DNA of 64,000 nucleotides, from NCBI GenBank assembly GCA_010909165.1, contig VJWM01000103.1, forward strand, positions 558,001 through 622,000, read 5' to 3'. The notes under the pieces were generated by a model. It saw only the letters and a list, made by a program, of their open reading frames with translations, was not told where the DNA came from and ran no database searches. Shown here in pieces: positions 37,220-47,916 of the stretch. Position 1 is the stretch's first letter, and each line of letters starts with the position of its first letter. The position numbers were made by a program, and so were the translations under genes. The stretch comes from Anthoceros angustus. Its lineage: Eukaryota; Plantae; Anthocerotophyta.

Positions 37220-38949
37220 TCACGACTGAACAATGGGCAAGGGATCAATGATGAACATAGTATTGTACAAGAGCTTTGCAAAAACGTCCAGGGGCCCCGG
37301 CACACAGTAATGCAGACAGTCCGAAGCTCGATGGTGACCTTCGGGCCTTAAAGCCATGAGGGTATCCAAGTCCATGTAGATGAACCCAAAGCTCTCGGTG
37401 ACGTTCTTGGCAATCTCATTCTGGTGTGCGAACTCCGCCCAATGGTACTCCCTTGCGTACTTGTTCAGTGTCTCGTAGCTCTCTCTTTCCTGCAAAGGCT
37501 CGTTGTGGTCCGTGCAGTTGATGTGGCCTGCCAGCAAATCCCACGCAACTTGGAAAAATCATATCATATGCATGAGCAGGATGAGGAAGAAGAGGCTGCT
37601 TGAAAGATCTGGCCAGCTGGAGTTTGCTGCAAGGTAGATACTTTCAGTGTGTACCAGGAGGCGTGTTGCGGAAGAAAACCAGAGCCTGTGGCCATCGCAT
37701 CTTGATGACCGAGAATGCGTTGATGAGCGATTCGGTGAAGTTGGCATCACTCTCAAAGTGCGCTCCTCTGTTGAGCACGAAGACGGAGATGTTCCAGGAC
37801 TCCACAAAGTTGATCCATGGATACTCCATGAAATTGTAATGGGAGTCCTCGTTCACCCGCTGGGTGAGCGACAATCTGTCGTTCCGCACAAACCCGACGC
37901 GGATTCCTTGTCCTCCAAGCACGTCTTGGCAGACCTCAAGCTCTCCTTTGGTGTGCCATTGTCGGGAGCCCATGGCCACAGATTTCCATCGAGTCTTGTT
38001 CACCACAAGATGGTTCATCAAGATCCAGAAGATTTCCTGGTTCATGGAGTCCCCCACCACCAGCATGTTCCCCCTCTTCCCCATCCTTCTACACAAGATC
38101 CCACACCACAACTGTAGCAAAAACCGTGAACGATGCCCTAGCCGGCATCCTGTTAGCCATTACTATACACTAGTAGGCCTAGGTCCAGGTATGCAACGAA
38201 CCTGCAGAAATCAGATCGATCGAAATTCAGCAAAGGGCAGGCTTTCTCATCTGGTTGCCACTCCCATTTCAGGTCCTCCCTCACCTGGAAAATCCTCATG
38301 CTTTCAGAACATGTCACAAGTTGATCCGACTTCCACGAATTTGACAACTTACAATCCACAATGCGGTGTGATCCTTGAAGTTCACGAGACGGGCATGCGC
38401 AGCTTACAATCCAGTTGGTCGCATTCCCAGTGGCAGCAACCTGGTTTGCCCTCTCCCCAGACACAGCTCCAGGGGTAATGTTCCGGAAGCGCGCGTCACA
38501 CTCCCCTAGATACGCGCCGCCAAACAAGTTGGGCACGATGTGCTTGGGCTTTGCGTCGTACACCCACTTCCCCGAGTTGCTGCGATCCCACGAATCAGAA
38601 TGTAGAATCCCTGCACAGCCGCACAGCCACCGCATACACGGCACGACACGGCACACTGCACAGGCCGAGCCTTCCCGCAACCTGGAGCGTACCTCCAGCA
38701 ACTTAGCTTGCGCCGGAAGGCGGTCGCTGCTGGGCCGTGCAGATCGGTGCCGGAAATGTGCAGCACGGGCTTGGGCTTGGGCTGGCCGGCGCCCGAGCGC
38801 AAGGGCCACACCCAGCTTTTCGTGACAAGAAACCTGCAATCTGCTGGATCACCCGAGCTCCAGAAAGCCAGCGTCAGCCCTGCAACGGAAATAAGTGCCG
38901 CTACGCTGCAAAGGCATTCTGCAGGCGCTCTGTGCTTGTGCTTCAGCAT
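37220..38949 (-). CDS. Trichome-birefringence-like / PC-esterase O-acyltransferase, type II membrane protein, 5 exons
   Basis: N-terminal TM (SVAALISVAGLTLAFW). The spliced model reads SCWSNSGKWVYD, KWEWQP..C..FD..FCRRMGKRGNMLVVGDSM (GDS), LNRGAH, FFRNTPPGHINC and DCLHYCVPGP (DxxH). All four introns are GT-AG and in frame. Confidence 0.88.
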
Positions 38950-39006
38950 TGCTCGGCGTCCAGCTGCCAACCATCACCGAAACACGCACTGCGGATTTTG
39001 TTACAA

Positions 39007-39186
39007 GAGTTCGAGTCCGAGTCCGAGGCCGAGGCCGAGGCCGAGGCCGAGGCCGAGGCCTAGTCCGAGTCCGAGTCCGAGTCCGAGTCCGAGGCCAAGT
39101 CCGAGGCCGAGGCCGAGGCCGAGTCCGAGTCCGAGTCCGAGTCCGAGTCCGAGTCCGAGTCCGAGTCCGAGTCCGAGTCCGAGTTC
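39007..39186. repeat. 30-unit compound hexamer array (GAGTCC/GAGGCC)n, bounded by GAGTTC at both ends
   Basis: Read directly; 180 bp in exact 6-bp phase, with two variant units (TAGTCC, AAGTCC). Confidence 0.97.
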
Positions 39187-39574
39187 CTTCAGATCTTGGG
39201 GCCAAGAAACTTGACAATGTCCTCCCAGAGTCCCAGTCTGTGCTCTCCACAGTTGGCCGGCGCCGATCTGAAGGCCGTGGCCCGCACCACGCATTCACGT
39301 TTGTTCTATTGTGTGAAAAGCTACGCTAACTTTAGACTGCCCTTCCACGGTGCGACAGTCTCGCCAGGAGCCATTGCTCAAGACAGAATGTCAAAACGGT
39401 GACTGCCGCATGGATTCGTCTGTGGGATCTCAAACCCACTGTCGAGTCGGAGTCGGAGTGTGCAAGATGAATGCCGACCTCCCTAGTCGCTTGCCTGTCA
39501 GCTCCCTTTCTTGCTAAATCATAAAGCTCTGCATAAGTCTTTCAAAAACTAAAAACATGGCCGTGGGACGTCAC

Positions 39575-40345
39575 TCAAGTTGAAGCGGTGCCATCCTCCA
39601 GGGATTCATGTGCTCGCTAGGGCTGGATGATTGTGTTTGAAGACAGAAGCTGAGGTCACTACTGAACCATGGGCAAGGGATCAAGGAGCAGCATGGTGTT
39701 TACAAGAGCTTTGCAAACACGTCCAGAGGCCGGGCCCGGCACACTCTGCAGTGATGTCATGCAGACAGTCCGAAGCTCGATGCTAGCTATAGGTGATCCT
39801 CAGGCCTCAAAGCTATGAGGGCATCCACGACCATCGATATACATGAACCCAAACCTGTCGGTGATGTTCTTGCAATTGGCAATCTCTTTCTGTTGTGCAA
39901 ATTCCGCCCAATGGTATCCCCTCGCGTACTTACGTCGGTGTCTCGCAGCTCTTTCAAGGGCTCGTTGTGGTCCGTGCAGTTGATGTGGCCTGCCAGTAAA
40001 ACCCTGACATCATACGCATATGCATGACCAGGATGAGGAAGCAGAGGCTGCTTGCCATATTGCACCTTGATGACCGAGAGGGTGCTGGTGAGAGTCTAGA
40101 CTCCGAGTCGGTGAAATTGGCATCATCCTTCAAGTCTGGAGAAGGGCAGCTTACAATTCAAGTCCTAGGCGCGGAGAAGGGCAGCTTATAAACGATCCAG
40201 TCCATGGCAGGGGCAGTGGCAGTGGCAGCAAACCTGGTTTGCCCTCTCCCTCTTCTAGGAGCTTCACCATTGGCCCGCGCCGATGACAAAGGCGCGTAGC
40301 GAAATTTGAGGCACGCAATGCGCGGATCCTGTGAAGGCATCCGAT
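39575..40345 (-). pseudogene. Degenerate, internally deleted paralogue of the TBL/PC-esterase
   Basis: Retains LAGHINCTDHNEPL, ALRPEDH..ASDCLH and a 3'UTR aligning to 37137-37260, plus ATAPAMDWIV (cf. GNATNWIV). The GDS exon is largely missing and the frames are broken. Confidence 0.8.
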
Positions 40346-40516
40346 ATGGGCGAGGAAAATGTGTGATGGACAGGTTGTCAAAGATGCGTCTGGGGAGAGA
40401 GAGAGCGCAGTGGGTGGAGCAACATGGTTACGCCCGCAGCGGGCTGGAGGCTGGAAGTGGAGATAGCAGCCCCCGGCCCCGGGTGAGAGCAGGGTCGACA
40501 TCAGAATCAGAGCAGG

Positions 40517-42421
40517 ATGAAGAAGGGGGTGAAAGCAGTGTCGTTGATCACTGTGGCCGTCCTAGTCCCCCTGGCCATCACCGCGTCCCTACCGCTCCTG
40601 CTGGTGTCGTACCCGGCCACCTCCTGCACGCCTGCCAATTACGAGGAGCTGGAGGCGTCCCAAGCCGGCGGGGATGGCGGCGAGCGGCTGCGGCTCGGGC
40701 TCGGGCTCGGGCTGAAGCGGACGTCGTGCCGGAAGCTGGTGGTGGCGGGGAAGGGCGATTTTGGGGCAGGGCGCACGCGCACGCGCACGCGCACGCGCAC
40801 GGGATCCGGCAAGCCCCGGGGCCCGGGGCTGCAGCAGCGCATGAGCTACTCCGACGTGCGGCACGAGCTGGTGAAGGCGGTGCGGATCGAGGCAGCGGAC
40901 CTGGCGGAGCTCCGGGCGGCCAGCCCCGACTTCGACCTCTCCGACGCCAGGCTCCACCAGGTGCTGCGGCTGGTGAAGAGGCACACGGCAGGGTGGGCGG
41001 CGGTGCGGGAGCCCGGGGGCGGGCTCCGCAGCGCCTGGTCCGTGCGCCACCTCCGGGACGCGCTCAACAACACCACCCTCATGGCGTGCTGCGCGCACTT
41101 CCGGGTGGTGGACGGCCAGGTCCTGTTCCGCTACGGCACCTTCTTCATGCGGTCGCAGTACCGGCTGGACCGCGCCAACGACGCCGCCTCCTTCCTGCAG
41201 GCCACGGTGGATCGCTTCCGGCTGCGGGACGTGCGGGTGGAGTTCCTCTTCAACACCTGCGACCACGCCCTGACCAGGGAGGCCATGGCCGAGGGCCCCC
41301 GCTCCAACTACCTCGTCTGGACCCCGCACGTGACCGAGGACCTGGACGCGGACCTGGTGGTGCCGGACTTGCTGGACCTCCGCCCGGCCTACATGCAGTC
41401 CCGGGACGAGATGGAGGAGCTGCGGGTGCGGGGAACGCCGTGGGAGGAGAAGATCCCCAAGGCGGTCTTCCGCGGCGCCACCACCAACTTCTGGCTCCGC
41501 CTCTCCAACTGGGTGAGCAGCCCCCGCCTGCGCCTGCACCGCATGACGGACGGCCTGGGAAGCTTCCTGGACGCCCGCGTCACCCGCTGGAGCCACGTCC
41601 CGCACGACATGGTCCGCGAGCTGGAGGAGGCCGGGGGCATCCGCCTCGGGGACCGCCTCAACGAGACGCAGAAGAACGACTTCAAGTACGAGCTGATCGT
41701 GGACGGCGGGCTCGGGGGCGGCCGCCTCTGCGGCGTCCTGCTCACCCAGCGCGCGCTCGTCCTGCAGGACTCGCCCTTCATCCAGTTCTTCTACCCGCTG
41801 CTCAAGAAGGGGAGGCACTTCATGGAAACCGGCCACTTGTACGTTCTCCTACTCCTGCTCCTGCTCCTGCTCCTGCCCCTGCGCATCCTTCTTCCTCTGG
41901 AGCATTGGATCACTTGGGTGTGCGGCTAATGGCATCCCGTGCCTGTGTGTACATGCAGCTTTCAGGACCTGCCGGAGGTGCTGCGCTACATGCAGAGTCA
42001 CGACGAGGAGGTGCGGGAGATGGTGGACAGGGTGCACCAGGAGGTGGGCTGGACCTGCAGCATCGACGGCCGGATGCTCGCATTTGCCGTGCTTCTGGTG
42101 AGGTACCACAGCATCCAAGACCCGGTCTTCTTCAAGACGGGCGTCCCCGACAAGGACAGTTTCCGGCTGGTCCAGCCCCCGAGGCCCGAGCAGAGGTGTC
42201 GGTATGGGCCGGCGACGGAGGCCGGCGCGTACACTCTCATCCCCGAAGACGCCAGGAGGACGTGCCCGGTGCGACCCGAGCCTCGGGTGCTGGATCTCCC
42301 GGGCTGCCCCAGCGACTGCCACGACGCGCTGCTGGAGTCGGACTGGCGATGGCTGTCCGCCCGCGAGCTGGACCTCGTCCCGGGCTCGGATTGGTGGAAG
42401 ACGTACATCCCGCAATCCTAA
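40517..42421 (+). CDS. Glycosyltransferase family 90 (CAP10/KDELC-like), type II membrane, copy 1; intron 41839-41958
   Basis: N-terminal signal anchor; motifs VEFLFNTCD, LVVPD, PWEEKIPKAVFRGATT, KYELIVDGG..GRL, FYPLLKKGRHF and DLPEVLRYMQSHDEEVREM. Splicing TT|gtacgt...tgcag|C keeps the frame. Confidence 0.85.
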
Positions 42422-43531
42422 CGCTCATCTGTATCCGGATCCGGACACACAAATTTTCCCCCTGCGCCGACAGACTGGGCCCTCGAAGGAGGAGCTGGAA
42501 GCCGCGCACGCAGACCATTAGTACATCTGTAGTTTACACCCGGAGTCCCTAAAGAAGGGAAAAGCTTAGGAACTTTAGCCAAACTGTGCGCTTGCACTGA
42601 CTCTTGAGCCTGCGCGCATGCAGGCGTAGGAAATCACACCATCCAGTTCTGAGGAACCGGGGGTCCTTTCACTCCTCTGCTCTCTGCTTTGCGCCTCTCA
42701 TGATCATAACAGCTCTCTTCACCATGTTCCGATCGCGACAATGCATGTGAAATCGTGTCGCTTGGTGCTGTGATGCTAGCAGCGTTGTTGTTTTCTCCCT
42801 TCGTTCTTTCGCTGTACAGCGTCTGCATACGTCTTGAAGGCCACTTGGAATAGGTTTACGAAATTGGATGTGGTTTTGATGGACTAGTACTCTCCGCTGC
42901 CCGCAGCCACTCCTAACTCGAAGCTGTCGCCAGAGGTTCAGGCCCATTAGGCTGGAAAGTTGTTCCCCTCGGCTGACAAGCTACCAGTGCCTGTGTAGAT
43001 TATATGAAGCCCTGAGTGGAGGAAAACTTTTAGCACACCGTGAAGCTGCTTCATTATTTGCAGGTTTGCCATCACATGTGCAGTCCCAGGAACGTCCCAC
43101 TAAAGTGCCACCACTAAAATGCCTAAGCTTCTTATGCAAGAAGTATGAAAGCAAGAATGAGCAGCACCTCCGAAAGAAGGATCTTGTTCCGGGTCGCCCT
43201 TGTTCATGCTTTATGGGTGGGTTTTTCAGTCAACATGGTTTGCAAATGTTGTGAACGATGTTGTGAAGGACAATGCGATGGAGTTCCATGACATATGGGA
43301 GACTTCAAAGACTTCAAAGACTTTTCATGCAAACATGGAGACTTTATAAATATGCAAAGATGGAAAATCCCACCTACACCGAGGGGGTGGGGAACAGCCC
43401 ACTGGAGGCCCCAGGCCAAGGGGGGACTAGCCCCCTACTTTTATGCATAGGAATACGTAGAAAGAGATGTGATGTTGAAGCAGTCATGGAGTATGGTCAT
43501 GGGTGGCGTTCCTCAAAAGCGCGGGATTCAA

Positions 43532-44221
43532 TCACTTCTGCGCTTTCTCAAGCACAAGCACGCTCTTGGCATCGATGCCGAAGGTTTGCTGCAGCACGTC
43601 GCTGGGGATGGGCTGCGGCGAGGCGGCAAAGAGCGCCTTGGCGGCCTGCTGCACGCCGGGGTTCTGGCTGCTGAGCGCGGCGATGGCCCAGGCTTTGCCG
43701 TATCCTGTGTTCTTCTGGAAGTGCAGGAGGCCGCGCGGGAAGACGAACAGATCGCCCGCTTTCAGCGTCACCTGGTACAGCACGTTGGCGTTGGACGACA
43801 CGAATCCCACCTCCAGCGTCCCCTCCACCAGGAACAGCAGCTCGGTGGCGCGCGGGTGGACGTGAGGCGGGTTCAGGCCCCCGGCGTCGAAGTCGATCCG
43901 TGCAGCCGAGATCCCCAGCGTGTTGAGCCCCGGGAACTGGGCTGCGAACGCCGGCGTCACCGCCGCCTTGTTGCCGTTGTTGGTGTTCCCGGGAGTCGCC
44001 AGAAGCGAGGACTTGAAGTCTGCCGCCACGGCGTCCTGCGCTGCCTTGCACGGGAAGCCGTTGATGGTGGGAGAGCCGGCGGGGATGCCCACGCAGAAGT
44101 CCTGAAGCGGGTCCTCGTCTGCGGCCGACGCCATGGGGACAGCCGCGGCGCAGAGCGCGGCCACGGCTAGGATCGTGAAGGCCAGGCGCCTCGTTGCGTC
44201 ATGACTGTGACGTCCCGCCAT
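43532..44221 (-). CDS. GLP: Germin-like protein (cupin, secreted), intronless
   Basis: Signal peptide, DEDPLQDFCV, germin box 1 GLNPPHVHPRATE, box 2 FPRGLLHFQ and AALSSQNPG. The Mn ligands (H,H,E,H) are intact. Confidence 0.95.
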   Translation of the reverse strand: MAGRHSHDATRRLAFTILAVAALCAAAVPMASAADEDPLQDFCVGIPAGSPTINGFPCKAAQDAVAADFKSSLLATPGNTNNGNKAAVTPAFAAQFPGLNTLGISAARIDFDAGGLNPPHVHPRATELLFLVEGTLEVGFVSSNANVLYQVTLKAGDLFVFPRGLLHFQKNTGYGKAWAIAALSSQNPGVQQAAKALFAASPQPIPSDVLQQTFGIDAKSVLVLEKAQK

Positions 44222-44894
44222 CGCGATTCGAGCGAAAGAGAGGAGGATGTGATGCTGCAGGTGTCGGAGGCGGATGTGAAGGTTGGGAAGTGAGAAGAGC
44301 ACTGGAGCAATGTGGGTTTTATACCGCTGGCTTGGGGGAGCAGGAATGTGGGGAGGGGAGGCCTGTCAGGGAGACTCATGACCGGGTTTGCAGTTTGAGT
44401 GGGAAAAGGAGTCGTCTTCGGTCGATCCATCGGACATGACCGACCGTGTTGTCCTGTTAGACGTCTTGCTTACACAACTGAGACTTGACCCGGCCGCGAC
44501 AGTGCCTAAATATCGGGCCATCTAACATCAAAAATCTTTCTGCACCTTGCACAGCCTCAGAGCTGCATCGCCATAATTGTTAACCAATACAAAACATCAG
44601 AAAACAGACATGTAGACGCATGATAGCGTCGAAAGTCGATTGGAGACCTGCGTCAAAGCACGTTGTCGGATTCGTGGTCTCTCCGACGATGCAGTCCCAG
44701 CACATGCATCTTAGAACTCAGAAACGTTTAAGGCAGAACCACCGAAACGAATATACCTAGCACTATCTGTACAGGCTCTCCGAAATTTCTTCCAGGTCAG
44801 GTCTGTACATATCTGGCTGCCCAGGAAGTTTCTCACTCTGTGGCAGCTTCTCGGGTACGACAGTGCCCGGTCGGCGAATTGTGGAGCCAAAGAA

Positions 44895-44929
44895 CATTTT
44901 ATCGTATCATTTGATGATACGATAAAATG
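44895..44929. repeat. Perfect 16-bp inverted repeat with 3-nt loop (CATTTTATCGTATCAT-TTG-ATGATACGATAAAATG)
   Basis: The arms are exact reverse complements, read directly. Confidence 0.95.
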
Positions 44930-45034
44930 CAGGCTTCAGGAAATCGGTGCGATGACATCGGTTTCCGATTCACTTGTTTCGGGGTCTGAAGGTGGGAACG
45001 TGAGCAGTTCCAGCCTTGGGTCGTGGGTGCAATT

Positions 45035-45870
45035 TCAGCCTTCAGTGGGTGGATACTCCAGTTCTTGGATGCGGTTGATGCAATCCGTACACTGCATCTT
45101 AAACTCTCCAGCTAAGTCTTCTATGCCGACATGTGCATTTGTGCTCGTGTATGGATGCAGGCAACAAGTCAGTCAGCTTACATGCCAACCCGTCCTGGCC
45201 ATGGTCTACAAGTCGTCAGGGGCGCGTGACGGCATTTCTATACCTCAAGTGATGAAGTCCACAATATCGTCTAGAAGGAAGCTTGATCTTGTGTCTCAGC
45301 TTCTTCCGCTGCTAGGGTTCCTTCATTTTCTCAAAACTCCCCATTGGCCGATGCTTTCCTTCTGCAGTCGAGCTGCTTCTTCCTGTTTCACACGCTTGGT
45401 GACCAACAAACGCAAAATGCAAGCACAGTCTTGCAAAAGCACGAGTACCCGTACCTTACGCAGCTCCTCGGCTTTCCTCTCCTCATCCTTTCTTCGTCGC
45501 ATCTTTGCATCGTGGTCTGCTTTCTCCTGCCTGCTCTCCCTAGCCAAAGCTTCCGCCGGCATCAGAAAACAGAGCTCAGGATCCTAACAAGGGACTGCAA
45601 GGGAAATTCCCAACCCCACGCTGGATGCCATGCTCTCATACAACAAAATCCTCGTCTGCCTCCTGGCCGCGTTTTCTTGCTTCTTCGCATCCTTCTTCCT
45701 GGCGCTTTTCGCCACGTAGTATCCAGTATCCCCTTGCTCTTCCTCTTCGTCAGCCTCTCCACTCGCTTCACCTGCAAGCAAACAAACGGATTTAGGGTGG
45801 ACTAGAAACACAAACAGAATCTGCACCAGAAGTAAAAGCCGGGGCTGCTGCCGCTCCGGTTTCAGTTGAT
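45035..45870 (-). pseudogene. DDRGK1: DDRGK1/UFBP1 (UFMylation adaptor) pseudogene, truncated at both ends
   Basis: Fragments GEADEEEEQG..KSARKKDAKKQENAARRQ, AEALARESRQEK..KMRRRKDEERKAEEL, LLDDIVDFI* and IEDLAGEFKMQCTDCINRIQELE follow plant DDRGK1 in order. There are frameshifts, stops and apparently mutated splice sites; no TM exon or DDRGK motif exon was found. Confidence 0.7.
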
Positions 45871-46650
45871 GGGGACAATGTTGTTGCTCAAGGGACAAGC
45901 TCCAGGTGGTAGTTCTTCAGTAGGTTTGTATGAGCATGATGTGCTGACCCCTGAAATGTTTTACTATATTCAGAGGGAGCAGACAAAAAGGATGGAGAAG
46001 CAGAGGCTTGGAGACCCATGGGCTCAAATAGCAACAACGGCAGAGACAGCATCATCAGATTCCGAGTCAGCTGCAGAATTTGCAGTGGAACCAACAGCAG
46101 ACAGCAGGAGTGGATGTTGGAACGAGTCAGCAAACAGTCATTGTCATAGCAGGATCACAGCAGCTATCAATCCCAGCAGCATTTGGTTTCATCTATACAC
46201 AGCTCATAATAGCCTAATATTTTCATGCCGCTTGGCCTCTTTTGAATGAAGAGTAAAATAATATGATGTACATATTAATAACAGAATAATATGTCACCTT
46301 CATGTACTTAGTACCTAAATAAGGATTTTCTCAAAATTCGAGCAAACTTTTAAATATTATACTTCCCTTCGACTAGGAAAATTTTGTACTGCGTCTCTCC
46401 TTCGTGTGAGAGTGTGTGACTCTTTCATATAAGAATGTGGTCTCACATATCACATCTTATTGTGTTCCCACTATCAAATACCACGATACCCAAAGGATTG
46501 CAATACGTAAAGGATCACGTATAAAGGAGTTCAGATGTAAGGGCAAAAAGGAGTTTGGATGTAAGGCCAAAGGACCATATCGAATAAGAAATAAGAGGTA
46601 GCAAAATATTGAATCAAATATAGATGAAAAAATTGGTGCACCAAATATTT

Positions 46651-46718
46651 ATGTAGAAGGGAGGGTACTATGAACATGACCAAATGCTAATGTAAAAGGG
46701 AGGGTACTATGAACATGA
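46651..46718. repeat. Two ~29-bp direct repeats (ATGTARAAGGGAGGGTACTATGAACATGA), 39-bp period, in an AT-rich TE-like tract
   Basis: Read directly. Confidence 0.85.
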
Positions 46719-47020
46719 TGAGACCATTGATTGTACCATTTGTCGTAAATATCTAACATTATTTATAGCTTAGACTTTTAGTGTAAATTCTGGATTCTTT
46801 AATCTTAGACTTTCTTATTTTATATATTTAATATATTTAATAAAGTTAATCCTATAAGAAGAGATTAATAGATATTGATATATTACTTGGTGAGATATTG
46901 GCTATGACCTTACATCCTATCCCATGAAAGCACAAGCCAATGACGATCCAATACCTACCCTCAAATAACATAGGCGTGAGTTTGATTTATTGCTCCATGT
47001 ACCAAACTTGGGGTGTTGAG

Positions 47021-47095
47021 CTGTGTTCTTTTCCAAGTGCTTGTGTTGTGTTCTTTTCCAAGTCCTTGTGCTGTGTTCTTTTCCAAGTGCTTGTG
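47021..47095. repeat. 3 x 25-bp tandem repeat (YTGTGTTCTTTTCCAAGTSCTTGTG)
   Basis: Read directly. Confidence 0.9.
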
Positions 47096-47916
47096 CTGGT
47101 GCTTGGGCTCAAGGATGTTGATATGGTTGAAAATGTTGATGTCTTGTCGTCCCTTTCCTTGTGGGACGCAAGGCCCTTGCCTTTGCATAAGTCCTAATCA
47201 TCGATATACCTAGTATGGGAACCCGGGACTCATGAGTGTGATCATGATCTCTTCTACCGATCCGATCCCAGCCATTCCATTCCCGTTTCCATTTTTCATT
47301 TTCCATTATTTTCCATGGCGTGGTACGAGGAGATGCTGGTGAAGCGCTGAAGCACGGCATGGGGAAAGAAGCAACTCGTCTCCAGAGCCCCCCAGGGATA
47401 TGCATGCTGCTGTTCGGCAAACTCCGTGGACTCCATTTATGCTGTGGATGAAGCAGTGAAGATGCAGCAACAGGCTCCAATCTCTTATAGCCCTAAAAAG
47501 GGTGCTGCCGACAGCGCCTCCTCCCTCCAGGCCCAGGCCACCCTGGACCGATGGCATCGGATTCGCGTGTGGGAATAGAAAATCAGTGGGGAGTCCGAGT
47601 GGAGTCGGGGTGGGCACGATGGGTGCCGGAGATATGATTTTGTGATCGAACATTAGGCAATGTGGCGCAAGGTCCAAGGAAACAAGGAAACTGTTTAGCA
47701 CGACCACGTACCAAATACGATGTGATGCCAAGCAAGGGGTGAGATAACAGGTTGTCAAGAACACGTCTGGCGTCTGGAGAGTGGAATGTTGGTCCGGACT
47801 CTGACAGACTGACAAGCCCACGGGCACGCCCACACCCACGCCAACGCCCACGGCCTGGAGGCTCCAATTAAGTGGAGATCGATGGCGGGTTACAGCAGGG
47901 TGAGAGCAGCCTAAGG

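Noticed and set aside
38708-39329. ORFs with poly-PS, poly-RV, poly-TR and poly-ESEA tracts
   Set aside because: These are translations of the hexamer microsatellite, which has almost no stops; only the ATG-initiated GL uORF was kept as a hypothesis.
40306-42552. 748-aa overlapping ORF in an alternative frame (and the 606-aa equivalent at 48120-49940, plus long antisense ORFs such as 40589-41836)
   Set aside because: The first base of these codons is the GT90 third position, which is nearly always G/C, so stops are suppressed; the products are low-complexity R/G/A/P shadows. Both introns being 3n (120 and 99 bp) and stop-free in that frame is curious but compatible with chance.
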